Positions 46,372 through 59,100 of a stretch of DNA of 64,000 nt are shown here, one piece after another. The notes beneath the pieces are model-generated. The model was not told the DNA's origin and did no database searches. It worked only from the letters and a program-made list of their open reading frames with translations. This stretch comes from Amphiscolops sp. MND2022 (taxonomy: Eukaryota), in the NCBI GenBank assembly GCA_964187785.1, contig OZ076409.1, positions 5,334,001 to 5,398,000 on the forward strand. Direction: 5' to 3'. Position 1 is the first letter of the stretch; every line of letters begins with the position of its first letter. A program made the translations under genes and the position numbers.

Positions 46372-49300
46372 GTCAGACAACGCGACGATTACCTTATGCC
46401 GTGTTCTGCTTATTATCAGACATGTCCTATATTTTAAGTAAACCTGTTTGGTGGCTACATAACTTATTTTCGGGACATGTCTTACATTGACAAAAAATAG
46501 TGACAAACTTACGAATAACTGTATATGCAATGACGTCATTCGTTTTTGTTATCAGTCGCTATTGAAAAGTGACTTGCAGTCAAAATTATCTGAGTCTTAA
46601 CTTCAATTTCAAACTTCAAAATACCACGTGATGTCCCTTCTAAAATTTTGATTCGACTTAGAAACAAGAAATACCGTTGTAATTCTGATCAAAATTTGAG
46701 AGATTTTTTGCTCCTGGTACGTTTTTGTAAATTGAATATATTAAAAGATATTGCGCATTGCAATATTCGTAAGCCAAATCTAGTGTTTTTAGCTTTTTGG
46801 TTCCCTATTGTATGTTGTTATTATTGATTTTAGAAGTTAATTATTACTGTACCCCTCAAAATTTTCCGCTTTGTTGCCTCTATTGTAGGCAAAAAATGAA
46901 CGTTTTCTGTTTGACCTCCACAGCTTTCTCACGGAGCGTGGGTCAATAGCTCTCCTTCACAGGGCTCAGTGATTGCTGGGTTGTAGAGTGCTTAGGGCTT
47001 CTAATGAAGTTTTTAGTTACCGTGTTCCGCTTATTATATGACATTTCTTATTTTTTCAGTAAACCTGTTTGGTGGTACGTGACTTTTTTTTCCGCACATG
47101 ACTTATTTTGACAAAAAATAGTGACAATAGTGTAGATGCAATGACGTCATTCGTATTTGTTATCAGTCCCCATTGAGAAGTGATTTATATTCGAATAGTG
47201 TCTTATACTTTTGAAATGCAACCAAATTTAACAAGTGTCTTACTTTCAGAAGTGTCGTATAATAGGCAGAACACGGTAATAGTAGCCGTGATTTGAGCCG
47301 ACCGGGATTAAATTAACTAAAGCTTTTTACCAACTTTGCTATCATAACCTTTCATTTCCAAAACAACGCTCAGTTGTTATTTTATTCAAAAGTTTCCTTT
47401 TTGCAAAAAGTAGTTCATGTTTTCAAAATTAAAGTGTTTGATATAGGGTAATTCTATACTCAACTTTTTCAAAAACACACCCAACAAACAAAGAAAAACA
47501 TAAAAATATAAAGTGTCATTTTCCAACTTTTGTACAGTTTGGAGTAATTTCTGGGTTGTAGAAAATGAAATATGTCTCCGAGCACTTGATAAAAGTACTA
47601 CTTTCAATCATTTTTCAAAACATTGTAACATATTTACCTCAAACATTTGAATTTTTTGTCGCCCTTTTTCGGATGTCCTTAGATAAGGAAAACTCAAGAA
47701 GGAATTCATACTCAGAATGAAACGACTCGGAATTATACAATGATATAAGCTGCCTTTTTGTTCATGTGCCCAAAATCGAACAAAAAATTATATTGATGCA
47801 AAATATATTGTTATCTTTAACTCAATTACAAGCAAAAGATTTTGCTCGATGGCATCTTCTAATATAGAAACAAAAGAATCACTTTAGAGGGGCGGTCTTT
47901 GTTTTAAAAAATGTAACGTCCAGCAAAAGAAGCACACGCTAGAGCTGCGACAATGCTTAGGTTGCCTGGACAGGAGACCATAGTCTATAAACAAGCCTAA
48001 ACACTAGTTTTTCTCCGAAAAGTGGTCTTCTAGGAGACCATTCAAACGTCGAGGAGACTCCTCCTTTTAGAGCTCTGTGGCGACAAGCTGGCACACTCAA
48101 ACTCCAAACACGTCCCACAAGCACGTAAAACCGGTTTTCTAGGGTACCTGGGACTTTCTACATACTTCCGAAATTAGCTAGAATATAGTAAATTGGTCAA
48201 GTATGGTAAAAAATACCGGCAGATCTAGCAAAAAACCTAGCATATGATACATTTCCAAACACCTGAAAAAGAGCACATGCAGAGTTCTGTCGGGAAAACA
48301 TTGCAAATCATGGTGAATATCAAGACTCTTTAACCAAAATCCGGTTGTGTCCGCATTTCTGGGGTTAATTTTCTAATGAATCGCTGTACGGGACGTCTAC
48401 GCACGTTCTTTAAGTTGTTGGTCACGAGTTGGTGTTCTCTGGGAGTTTTCCGGTACGTTTTCTTGACTGATTTTGCGTACGGGCCAAATCGGTCATTTTG
48501 TGTGCAATATTACTTCGAATTTTTGTAACGTTTGGCAGGGGTTCTGTCACCAGGCTGGTGGATGTTACAAAAAGACAAGCTCTGTAAAAACAAAGTTTAC
48601 CATTTTCAATCCACAACATTCCTAATTCTTACTTATCACCTTGAAAAAGTAAACTGAACAAGTTTTCAAATTATTGATAATTTCGCGTTAAACTTGATAA
48701 ATTCAAGTTTAAGTGCACTGAAAAAAAAAACAATTTGAACTTGGTTTTTGATCAAAATGACCGTTTTGAATACTGCGTTGAAGTTGTTTTGAATTCTCGC
48801 CTAAACTTCTCAAATTATCAATCCTCAATTTAATGTGCTCCCAAAATTTTTCTGCAATTTCTGTTGGAAGCGGAACAAAATAGCCGTAATTCTAAACAGA
48901 ATAAAATAGCTGGATTTAGACCAGTGACAGAACAAGAATAAATCGGGTTTTATCGTTTTTTCGAAAATGAGCAATTTTGTCACCCCAATTTCAAAAATCG
49001 GCTGTTTTGTGCTATTTTGAACGCCAGCTTTTTTTGTCCCGTGTTCACTCCTGCGAACTGACCCGAACTTTTCCTGTCTCATTCCTTTAATTCCTGTTTA
49101 ATGAATTTCTGTCATTAACAAAAACAAGGGACGTGGAAATAATTAAGCTCACTCGTTTTCAGTAGCTTGAAATGCCGAATTTGAGATCGGATCAAACAGC
49201 GCCAACTTTTTTCGGGGAAATCAAGCGCTCGGAAAGTTTCTCCGAAGCTTTCATCTCCTGATCTAACACAAAATCAAAAGGGCAAAAAATAAACGGGCTC

Positions 49301-49377
49301 GGGAGGTATAATTTCCTGTCAAAAACACATTAACTCAAAAGACAAATTTGGAAGTAAAAATTAATGTATTCCCATCG

Positions 49378-49790
49378 TGTCATAGATCAAAAAGTTTAGG
49401 CAGAGCGGTGGAAAAGTTTTATTCATTTTGGCAATTCTTCTAGGAGCTGAAGGGTTCTCTCCTATAGAGATTCTCCGGAAAGTGAGAGTTGATGTTTTGA
49501 ATAATTAATTAGAGTGTTTCAGAGACATGAAGTTATTTACAAATTGTAAGAAGGAGTTTAGCATAGTTGAAGATATACTCAAAATATCGAAAAAAAATGA
49601 TAGAGGTTCTGGTTGAACGTGTTTATAGTTCACTAGTTCTCTCAGTTGTGTGTCGGGTCCACTTCCAGTGCTACAGAGGCTTTCTCATCGTATTCGTGTT
49701 GATCTGTGATTGGCTGCCACATCTGATTAGTCCACGTCTGTCCTGTGAATACTTGAACGAAATTTTGTACATGATTCTTGAATCATGACA
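49378..49790 (-). repeat. 3' LTR of env-Gypsy
   Basis: TGTCAT...ATGACA ends; direct repeat of 62668-63080. Confidence 0.96.
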
Positions 49791-50900
49791 CTACCCACAA
49801 TTGAGAAGTGTGGAATGTCCAGGTGAAGACAGACGGGGTTTGCAGCAGCGTCAGGCGATGAAGAAGAGCGTGAAACACAGAAGGAACCTTTATTACTGGG
49901 ATAGCCGACACAAAAACCCGGGGAAAGGAAAAAGGAAAAATGAAGAAAGTTAAGGAAAAAGGGGAGCCTCAAAAAATGAAATGAAAGAGCCTCTTGAAGA
50001 AAAGCATGAAAAGTAGAAAAGAGTGGCCAAAAGGGCCAAATTGAGCTATACGGTTAGTTCAATAAAGGTGCTAGTTTGTTTATAAAATGTTTGTCGTTTT
50101 AATTTATAAATATTGATAGTAAATAAAATGTTTACGTTGTGTGATGTTTTATCACCGAATTCAGGGGACGTGCGGCGGCACGTGCCTGAAAGTAGGTTTG
50201 CTTTATCAGTCAGTTTCCTGTACGAACTAACTGGGCTTATCTCAGTTTTGTGATTAGCGTATTTGTTTTGTTCGCGGTTTTCTGTTCTTCAGGTACTTAT
50301 GTTTACAAACTGAAGTGGGTACGCGATGAAGGTGTCAACAAAGTTGAGCAGTCAGCTAAAGAGAAAAAGCTATTCAAAGTCCAAAAGAATATATTATGAA
50401 AGTGGTTTTATGATTGGATAAATACAACAACCAATGAAGATGTGAACAGTTTTCATCAGTTGAATAGTTTCAAAAAACGGAGTATAAGGAAGTGTCTTAA
50501 AAATTCAATAACTGGGTGAGAAATGTATGTCTCGATGAGCTGGATGACAAAACAACTCAGCGATGTTCAGAGGCCAAAGTTTACAGTAACAAATAAAGGA
50601 GTCTGTTAAATAGGAAACAGCAGTTGATGGGAGAAGTTTGAAAACTTCCAAAGAAGCAATGAAGAAAATCTTGATACTGATGTATAGCAGAGTCACGACA
50701 AATATATTGAAGAGAGTATTACATGCAAAGTTAGAAGAGAAGCAGTAGGCTCTTCTAATCTGAATGAAAGCGCTGGAATAAAGTTTCGCAATATGGAAAT
50801 GAAAAACAACAAAGAAAGTGTTGCAATCACAGCACTGACATTAATCCCAAAAGGGAGGTTTTGAACTTCTCAGGGAAGATCTCAAAAGAAGGGGGTGATA

Positions 50901-53178
50901 TTACAAGTGAGTGATAGGTTGTTCGATTTCGTCATAAGGGTTACTATGAGTAGTACGCTTTTGCATTTTAGAGGTTGATGGAGTGATTTGGTGGAGTAGT
51001 TTATTTACTTTTGTAACTGGTACTACACAGTGTTTTCCACTGCCAATATTGGGGTCAGCCATGGCATCATGGAAATCATTGTCGTGAACAGTTAAAAGAG
51101 GGCGCAGTTTGATTTTCTTGTTTGTGGTTTTATCATGGTGTGTGAATGAAAGAAGACGTCTTAGAGGGGCGTATCGAAAATACAAGAATGTAAATAGAAT
51201 GTGAAGCGCCATTGATATGATAAAAGAAACTATGCCCATGATTATTGTTGTGCGAAAATTAGCGAGAGAATCAAATTTTTCACTATACATATTGTTCATG
51301 TGAGTCATTTTGATTGCTACTGGTTTAGCAATTTGATGGAGTGTGTCGTCATCTTTTGCGAGTGCAGGTGACACATATTTTATTTCGTTTTGATTGATTT
51401 TAGGAGCGCAATGTTTGCTTGGCTTCTCGTTGCATACATTGGCAATTCATCTATGGATGGGAGAGCACTGAGAACGTTTGATAGAGGAACTGGTAAATCT
51501 ACATTCATGATGGTTGCAGGGATCTTCGAACAGCTCTGCAAATCAGAACGAATCCTGATGTTGGGACCCGAAATCTGCTTTCCACAAGCAAGCATGACGA
51601 CGCATATTCGGCATCCAGGGAAGCTTGAAGATCCAACTGGGGTTGAGGAATTCATATATGATTCTGTTAGAGTGTAGTCAGCGGAAGCGGCGGTTATTAG
51701 CCAAATGCCATATCTGAGGCTAACAGCACGTTCCTTGATGGGCAAGGTCACAGGTTTCACGTCGCATACCTTCATGGCTTGCACTAAGTTCCCAAAGAAG
51801 AGGAGACTGAGACAGGAGGATTGGACTCCTTCTGTCGCAAGACCCTCGTGACAGATGCTATAACGCGAGGAACCAATACACATGTCCAATTGATTCCTGG
51901 AGATAAGGGCTGTTTCTCGACCATCTTCCGATACTGCCAGGTACTCAGATTCAATCTCCCATTGAATCGCTTCAACATCATCCACCTGGGGCATGGGAAG
52001 TGGGAGAGCCTGGTAAGTGGTCATAACCGTCCTTCGGGAAGCCAGAGGTATGGACATTGTCAGCATTAATCCATGTGGCAGTGTCAAGACATCTTGCAGT
52101 AATTGAGCTTCGTAATAGGATAGTAACTCCTGAATCGGAATGGCAAGAGTCAGACGGTCCAAAGCACGGATTTGTTGGATGGCAACTTTATTTAGAACAA
52201 TTTCGAGAGATTCCTTGCTTAAAAGTGACATAGGGACGTACTTGCTGAGAAGAGCTGGAATACTATTCAGCAAGTTTATTCTGTATGCAAAAAGAGCAGC
52301 TCGGTAGCTCTTAATGTTCGAATAAAACAATGAAAGCAAAGAAGAAACCGTATCGAAGTTGAAGTTGATCTGCTGTCTGGAGTACAGCATCTGATCGCAG
52401 TTTCTCATGAGGTGCATGTCCTGTTTGAAGGTATCCATTTGGGTTGCCATTACTTCCCAGTTTGCATTCTGTATAGATCGCATTCCTGAAGATCATGCAG
52501 TTTGTGTAGCTCTTTACTGACGATATAGAACTTGTCATTCGTTTCTTCATTAAATTCTTGGACACTTTCAGACAATGAAGAAGCTACATCAAACAAGCGG
52601 TTAATGTTTGCAGCATTTTTGTCGGATTGACAGCTACCAAAGATTCCACTAAGCCCGCAACTGCCTGGACCCATTGTTATTCCAGCACCGAAAAGTCCAA
52701 TTGCACCCAGTGCGGCGGCAGCAACTGGTACAGCTCTCTTGGTGCGGTCAGCAGAATTGGGAGAAATGGGCTTCAAGAATGAGGCAGTTTCCTGTTGCAT
52801 GGATTGGAGCTCGGCAGTGGCAGCATCTATCTCGTTCTGTACTTCCTTCCTTAGCCAGTCAACATTGAACCCTTCCATGGACAGATTGGTAAATTTCAAA
52901 TTGCAGTTATACGATGACATTTTCCAAAGAATTTCCAAAACAGATGTTAAATGAGTTAATTCCTTTTGAATTTGCACATCGAATTGAGGAAATGGCAATA
53001 GAAACTGGGTATTCACAAATTTTTTGGCTAACAAGATCTTCTTGTCTTCATGAAAGATTATCCTTTTTTTAAGGGGGCCATCAGAGGTGTCATATGGTAA
53101 CACCGGAGATTGTAGGTGTACTATTGACATAAGAGAAAGAAAAACAAGAAGTTTAAAGGTGATGAGGCGAAAGTCCAT
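50901..53178 (-). pseudogene. env: Envelope class I fusion glycoprotein (F-protein-like), two frameshifts
   Basis: Signal peptide MDFRLITFKLLVFLSL; furin site RTKR (52746-52735) followed by fusion peptide AVPVAAAALGAIGLFGAG; heptad-like region; Cys-rich ectodomain; TM IIMGIVSFIISMALHILFTFLYF. Frame breaks near 52485 and 51385. Confidence 0.88.
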
Positions 53179-53767
53179 GGTGGTGTGATCGGGTGATCAA
53201 CTAAATTTGGTTCTTTTGTACAAATTTGGAACTTTTGGTGATTTCTTGAATAAAGTTTAACTTTCAAAGATACTTGTTTCTAGATCGGTTCGCAAAGAAG
53301 TGAGGCGTGGTAACGTTTACATCCGGAGATGAGGAAGTTCGGTCATTTCAATATTTGAACCAAACATTTGTTCATTTGCGATTATATCGAGTAGTTTGTT
53401 TCAACTCTTGAAGTTCCTGCTTTCTTTTAAACAGTCTGTTTATTTGTTTGAGTCTTCTACTTTAGTTTCACAAGTGAGTACACATGTTTGAGCAGTTTTC
53501 GAGTTTTTCAGAGTCTGTGTGTTGTCTTAAGACAAATTTAAAGCTAATCTAAAAAGGAAGTCAAGTTGTCTAAGCTAAAATCTACAGTCAAAGTCTTCTA
53601 AAGTCTACAGTCAAAAGATGTGTGACATCGTGTCCTTCTTGAAGTTCGTTTTGTTGTGTTGCCCTGGAAGGACTTACATAAAAGAAGGAGATCGTATGAT
53701 CTCTTTTAAACGAGAAAGGGACAGCAGGTGCCCTCCTCTCATTATGCAGTCGGAGTCAAAAGTTGAC

Positions 53768-53869
53768 ATGGAGTCAGTGGTTGTCATCTTTGTCATCATA
53801 GGGATGATCAGTCTCTTGCTAATGTATTATATGTACAAAGTGTATAAAGCTTTTGGGCGTCAGCGTTAG
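53768..53869 (+). CDS. Possible antisense single-TM micropeptide (MESVVVIFVIIGMISLLLMYYMYKVYKAFGRQR)
   Basis: Hydrophobic helix plus basic tail; upstream in-frame ATGs exist; short, could be chance. Confidence 0.25.
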   Translation: MESVVVIFVIIGMISLLLMYYMYKVYKAFGRQR

Positions 53870-54163
53870 TGTACAGTTAGAGAGTCAAGTCAGATGTCAG
53901 TCAGTTAAAAACTAAACAATTTCTAAACTATAGATGTATCTAGTGTATAACTGTAGTTAGTTGTATTTTTATAGTTTTATATAGTTTTGTAGAGTTTTGT
54001 ATAGTTAGTTTTTGTATATAAGTGTAGAGTTGTATAATCGAGTTTGTATATAGTCGCGAAATTCAGTATTTCGTGAAGAAAGAGTTTTCTATAGGATCTA
54101 ATAGTTATAGTGAAGTTTTTGGCTTGATTTTCGTCAGTTTTGCTCATTTAGGAATTGTAAATC

Positions 54164-55382
54164 ATGGATATGTATCTGCGGGAAGCTATTATGAAATATC
54201 TAGAGACTCAAGAAGTCAACGATGTTGTCTTGGCTACCGCAGAGGAAAGGAAGAATTTTCGTCGGTTCTGTGATACCCTTATCTTGAAAGACAACAAATT
54301 GCTGTGCAAGGGAAGGTCTGGTGAAGAACCGAAGGTGATCCCTACCCCTCAACAAGTGGACGAATGTCTATTTGAACGTCATGTGGGGCTTTTGGGTAAC
54401 CACCTAACGGACAGACAAACCCTTGTGAAGGCATTGTCTAATGCAGGTTATGGGTATCCGGTCCGATTTGGGGGGCTCGCAGCTCTTGTGGACGAGTGAG
54501 TAAAAACGCGAATTTTGCACAATGTTGGACAGCAGGCAAGTAGAAATGGCATGATCATTTACAGGTTTCTCCGGAATTGTCAAACCTGTTTCTTTTCCGG
54601 GGTCGCAAGACCAAGGGAAAGAATGTTTCCTGTGTCAGTGGCTAGGCGAATTGAGCTTTGTGCGAAATTCAACTATACCTGTCAATGGGAGGAGGTTGGA
54701 TCCTCTAGGACAGGCGAGACAACGATGGAGTTAGACAGTCCACGGAAGAAAGAGCCCATTGGAAAACTAGCGGAGGTCGGAGGGGAGTGTTTCTTCCCCT
54801 CCATATATTACCTACTAGTCGGGCGAAAGTCTGGGAAGAGAATATCACATAGATGGAAAAAAACTAAGATTTTATTTTGTTTTTTTTTTTGTAAAAAGTG
54901 AAAGCGACTAATATGAATGTGTGTGCAGATCGACATAGCACTAACGAGACCAAGAAGTGTCGTGCTATTCGGATAGCGGCCATGGAAGTAGCGAAAGACG
55001 CCGCGTTCAAGAAGTTCTGCAAAGAAACTCTTGGAACGGCAATTAGCGACTTCATGGCTCAGGAATGTGCCAAAGCTTCAGTAGCCGTCACTGAGCACGG
55101 GTTTAGGAAAAATATGGTCAGAATGAAAAGTAGTAGAGTACATAGAGGCGAAATGTGTAAAAAAATGCAACATTTTCACAGATGCTGGCCACAGCAACAC
55201 TCCTGCAGACTGACATTGCAGTATACTGGCAGTATCAGAATGGAGGGGGCTGGGTCAGATACCGTTATGGAGAGGAGTCAAAGGGCCGAACTGGAGTATT
55301 CCTGCTTCAGTGCATTCAGGGCGGTCGAGGCCACTATGGTGCATTCCATTGTGAACCCCTATGGGACTATCCTGAAGCTTAG
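54164..55382 (+). CDS. Antisense spliced gene: integrase-type HHCC Zn-binding domain fused to OTU-like cysteine protease
   Basis: Exon 54164-54495, intron 54496-54564 (GTGAGT...TACAG), exon 54565-~54821, exon 54929-55116, intron 55117-55181 (GTCAGA...CACAG), exon 55182-55382. Motifs ERH..GNH...CQTC, GGECFFPSIYYLL, ATATLLQTDIAVY...W..Y...GHY. The second donor is unresolved. Confidence 0.62.
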
Positions 55383-56159
55383 TGAGTGAAAACACAAAAA
55401 AAAAAACGAAAAAAGAAGAAATTGATTGTTCGGGGAACATTGTGTATTTTTTCGCAGTGTAATGCCTTTAAAACGACATCGGGGGCTCACGCAGGAACCC
55501 TGGGACAGCGACGAAGCTGAGGGAGCGGTGGGAGGGAGTTCCACGGCTATTTGACGACAATAAATGTAAGTTAAAATCATCCAAAAATTTGAAAAGCATG
55601 TATAAGGTCAGTTTTTTGACGGAAAAATCAATAAAAATAAAATAAAATTGTACCAAATATAGGGTTATAGGGTACCATTAGACGCGTATTGAAGAGAGAA
55701 ATCCAATGAAGCTATTTGCAAGGGTCTACGACTAACCAATGTGGAAAAATAGGCAAAAAAACTGAAATTTTCCATGTTTGGGTCAAAAATGGGACGTAAG
55801 ACAAGAATTTAAAAATTTTTGTCTCCGATTTTCGATTTTTATGGCTTAATCGGTCTATGGGGTCAAAATATGACAATTGGGCAAAAACCAGAGGTATCCA
55901 AAGTGATTTGGTGAAGTTAGAGACCAAAATGTGCGGCTAATCTGAGGTATTTTTCGTAAGCAAACTTTTGGTCAAATTTTCACTATGGAAAAGTACGGGG
56001 GGGTCGAAAAGACAATAGGAATGGATTCTCCTGGGGCTAACGAAGATAACGGTACCAAAATTTTGCGGCTCGGATAAATATTCGTGGAGAAAACTTGAAA
56101 AAATGACGAAAAATGTCACTTTTTTGGTCAAAAATGGTCGTTTTTTGGGATTTTGTGGA

Positions 56160-59100
56160 CTATTTCCACGGGGGATTATGGAAAAATGAGGTTTTTTTCG
56201 GTTTTTGGCGTAATCTGGTATCACGCTGAGTCAATTGTGAGGGTTGTTGGGGCGTACGATCATATATCGATGGTATGATCACACCTGGATAGCGTTCTTG
56301 AAGTGTTAATTCAGCATTTGGAGTTTGGGCTGAGGAGTCACAAAGTGAGCTTCTAGGCGGCGGAGGGAGGTAAAATGGTGATTGGGCCTCAAATTGAGGG
56401 TGGCTAAGATGAAGTGGAGTGCTAGAAGCCATGTGGGAGGTCTGAGTCAAAATTCGAGGTCTAGGTGACATAGTACGTGAAATAGGAGAAATCGGTCTAG
56501 GTATTCTAGATTGAAAAGAAGGTGGTGGTGACACCATAGTCGGTAAAGGGGCACTCGGAAGGGTGCTCGGGTGGGTATAGGTTACAGTGGTGTGTGTTGA
56601 ACCACATTGAGGGCTATAAGAAGGTCTATTGAGACAACGGTCCGCTCGGGACAAAGTTTGACTATCAAAACCCAAAAATGTTGAATTTGATGAATTTATG
56701 TCTGATGAAGAATATATACGGGAAGGTGTTCGAGATCTAGTCAAAATGCTAGAGGAAGGGTCACACAGCGGTGGAGTTGCATGTGAAACCACAAAAGCAT
56801 CAGAATTGTCAGTAGACGACGAATCATCACTAGAACTGGTGTCTAAAGCGACATCATCTAGTGTGAAATTGGGGTTTACCGGGAGTTCATTAAGATCATC
56901 CTGTGGCGGTGCCTGGTTCAAAGGCGGAGCCATGGGAGGCTGGGGTGCCAAAGGAGGCGCGGGAGGTGCAGGTGGGGGTGCTACACGACGCGGAGTGTAA
57001 TAAAATAAAACACTCGGAGCATCAGTAATTTCGTCTGTAGGTGTAAACGACTTGTCAGTTAAAAGATCAGGTAATGTACTATCAAAAAGGGACGGTTCCG
57101 ACGTGTGTCTAGTGGACGGATCCGGAACGAAGTTATTTTGATGGATTTGGGCTAAATCTTCAATCTGATACTGAGGGTTAACGGGTCTAAGTCGGATACG
57201 GTGTACACATTGTGTGTAGTTCGTACCAACTTTTCGAACAATATAGTTGGAGTTTGTCAAAACTTGTTCTATTCGGTATAGAGGAAGCCATTTGGCTAAA
57301 GATTTTCCCATATGATCGTTAACATTGGATAATTTGGGATTTAAAAGTAGACAGTAACGGTGTTTTGTCAAAGGTGCGGCGTTCGCTTTTCTATCGTAGA
57401 AGTGTCTATATTTGTTATATGCGGTGATAGTGGCATCACGCGCAGCAGAGAACACTTCCTTCATCCGATCTTGCATTGAACTAGTGAATTCGTATCTGGT
57501 TTCAAGGTTCTGGAGCGTTCGTAAATTAAAACGGACATCTAGCGGTTTTACCGGTTTACGGCCATGGAAAAGATAAGTTGGAGTACAACCTATTGATACA
57601 TGGTATGACGTATTGTGAACAAAAGTCGCTAAGTCAACATACGTGTGCCAGTCCTTTTTGATTTTGTTTTCATAAATTCCGAGATACTGCTTGAGAGACG
57701 CATGAGTGCGCTCGACGGAGCCAACTGTTTGTGGATGTTTTACAGTGGCGTATTGCATTGTTATTTCAAGTAGTTTTGACAATTCAGTCATTTTTTAGCA
57801 GTAAAAGCAGTTCCCATGTCAGAGAGTACAGTTTTGGGTATGTATGATGTTCGCATAAAAAGGTGAAAAAGCTGTTTGGCAACATTTGGGGAACTTGCAT
57901 TTCGTAGAGGTATCGCAAAAAGATATTTTGAAAAAACATCCTTAGCAGTCAAAATATGAGTAAAGCCACCTGAATCTGGCAATTTCCCAACAATATCGAC
58001 CTGAAGCAAGTCTCCTGGGAAATGCTGGTCCACAGCTAGGGACAAAAGCGGAGGCTTCAATGTGGCATGTTTGACTGGTTTGACTTGCAAACACGAAAAT
58101 CAGTTCTTGATATAGTTCGTCAAAAATTCTACAAAATTCGGGAAATAAAATTTTTGTCTAAAAATCTGAGCGGTTTTTGTGATACCGATGTGTCCTGCTG
58201 TTTTACTGTTGTGAACACGGTACAGAAGTTCTGTACGTAAGTGAGCAGGGACAACATATTGGCGGGTGATTGTTTTTCCAGTATCATCAAAAAACTTTCG
58301 GTATAACACACCTTGGTAATTTTCCAATCGATTAAAGTGTTTAAGGTTTTTACGTAGTTCTGAACTCAAGTATGGAGATGGGTCTGGAGGATGGGTTTCC
58401 ATCCAATGTAACACTAGTTTGATGTTAGCATCTTTTTGTTGTTCCTCTCGGAGATTTAGAGAAGTCATCTTGGTAGTTAAATCAAATTCATCAAGAGGAT
58501 TGGGAGCATGCAAAGCGTTCAGTGATTCAAAGGCTTTTGAGCAAGTGTTTCCAATTTTAAACGGCATGCAATCGTAGCGGATTGCGTTCACTGAATTATC
58601 TGGTACTTGCATTCCCATTTTTAGCGTTACGTTTTTGACAGGTATTTGAGAATTAAAGCGAAGTTCAAGCTTTGTATGGGGGTGGACATGAATCCTAGAC
58701 AAGTAATCCGCAGCAGCATTGGCTTTGCCCGGAATATGTCCAAGGACAAAATTAAAATTCAACACGTGGTCCACACAGGTGCAAAGACTAGATGGTATGG
58801 TCTTAGCTTGAAAGAAGCGTGTTAAACTACGGTTATCAGTTAAGACGAGTACTGGTTTAGTGCTACCCCACAAATTGTGTGCAAAAGCGTCAAAAGCAAA
58901 ATGCACGGCCAAAAATTCTTTAGCGTAAATAGACAGTTTCAGGTACGTAGGCGTGAAAATTTTCGATCCAAAAGAAACGGGTACGTAAAATTTATAAGTT
59001 TTACCTGATTGGTCAGTAATGTAATCTTCTATCATTAGTACATAACCGGCAGCATAGAAACTTGCATCGGTTAGGATTACATACTGTGCGTTAGCTTTTG

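Noticed and set aside
46437..47185. Two diverged ~140-bp direct repeats (~46437 and ~47058) containing TGACGTCA
   Set aside because: No TG..CA ends, TSD or coding content; treated as an ordinary local duplication
49567..49788. 73-aa ORF duplicated at 62857-63078
   Set aside because: Lies wholly within the LTRs, starts at TTG and has no recognisable features; the duplication is just the LTR
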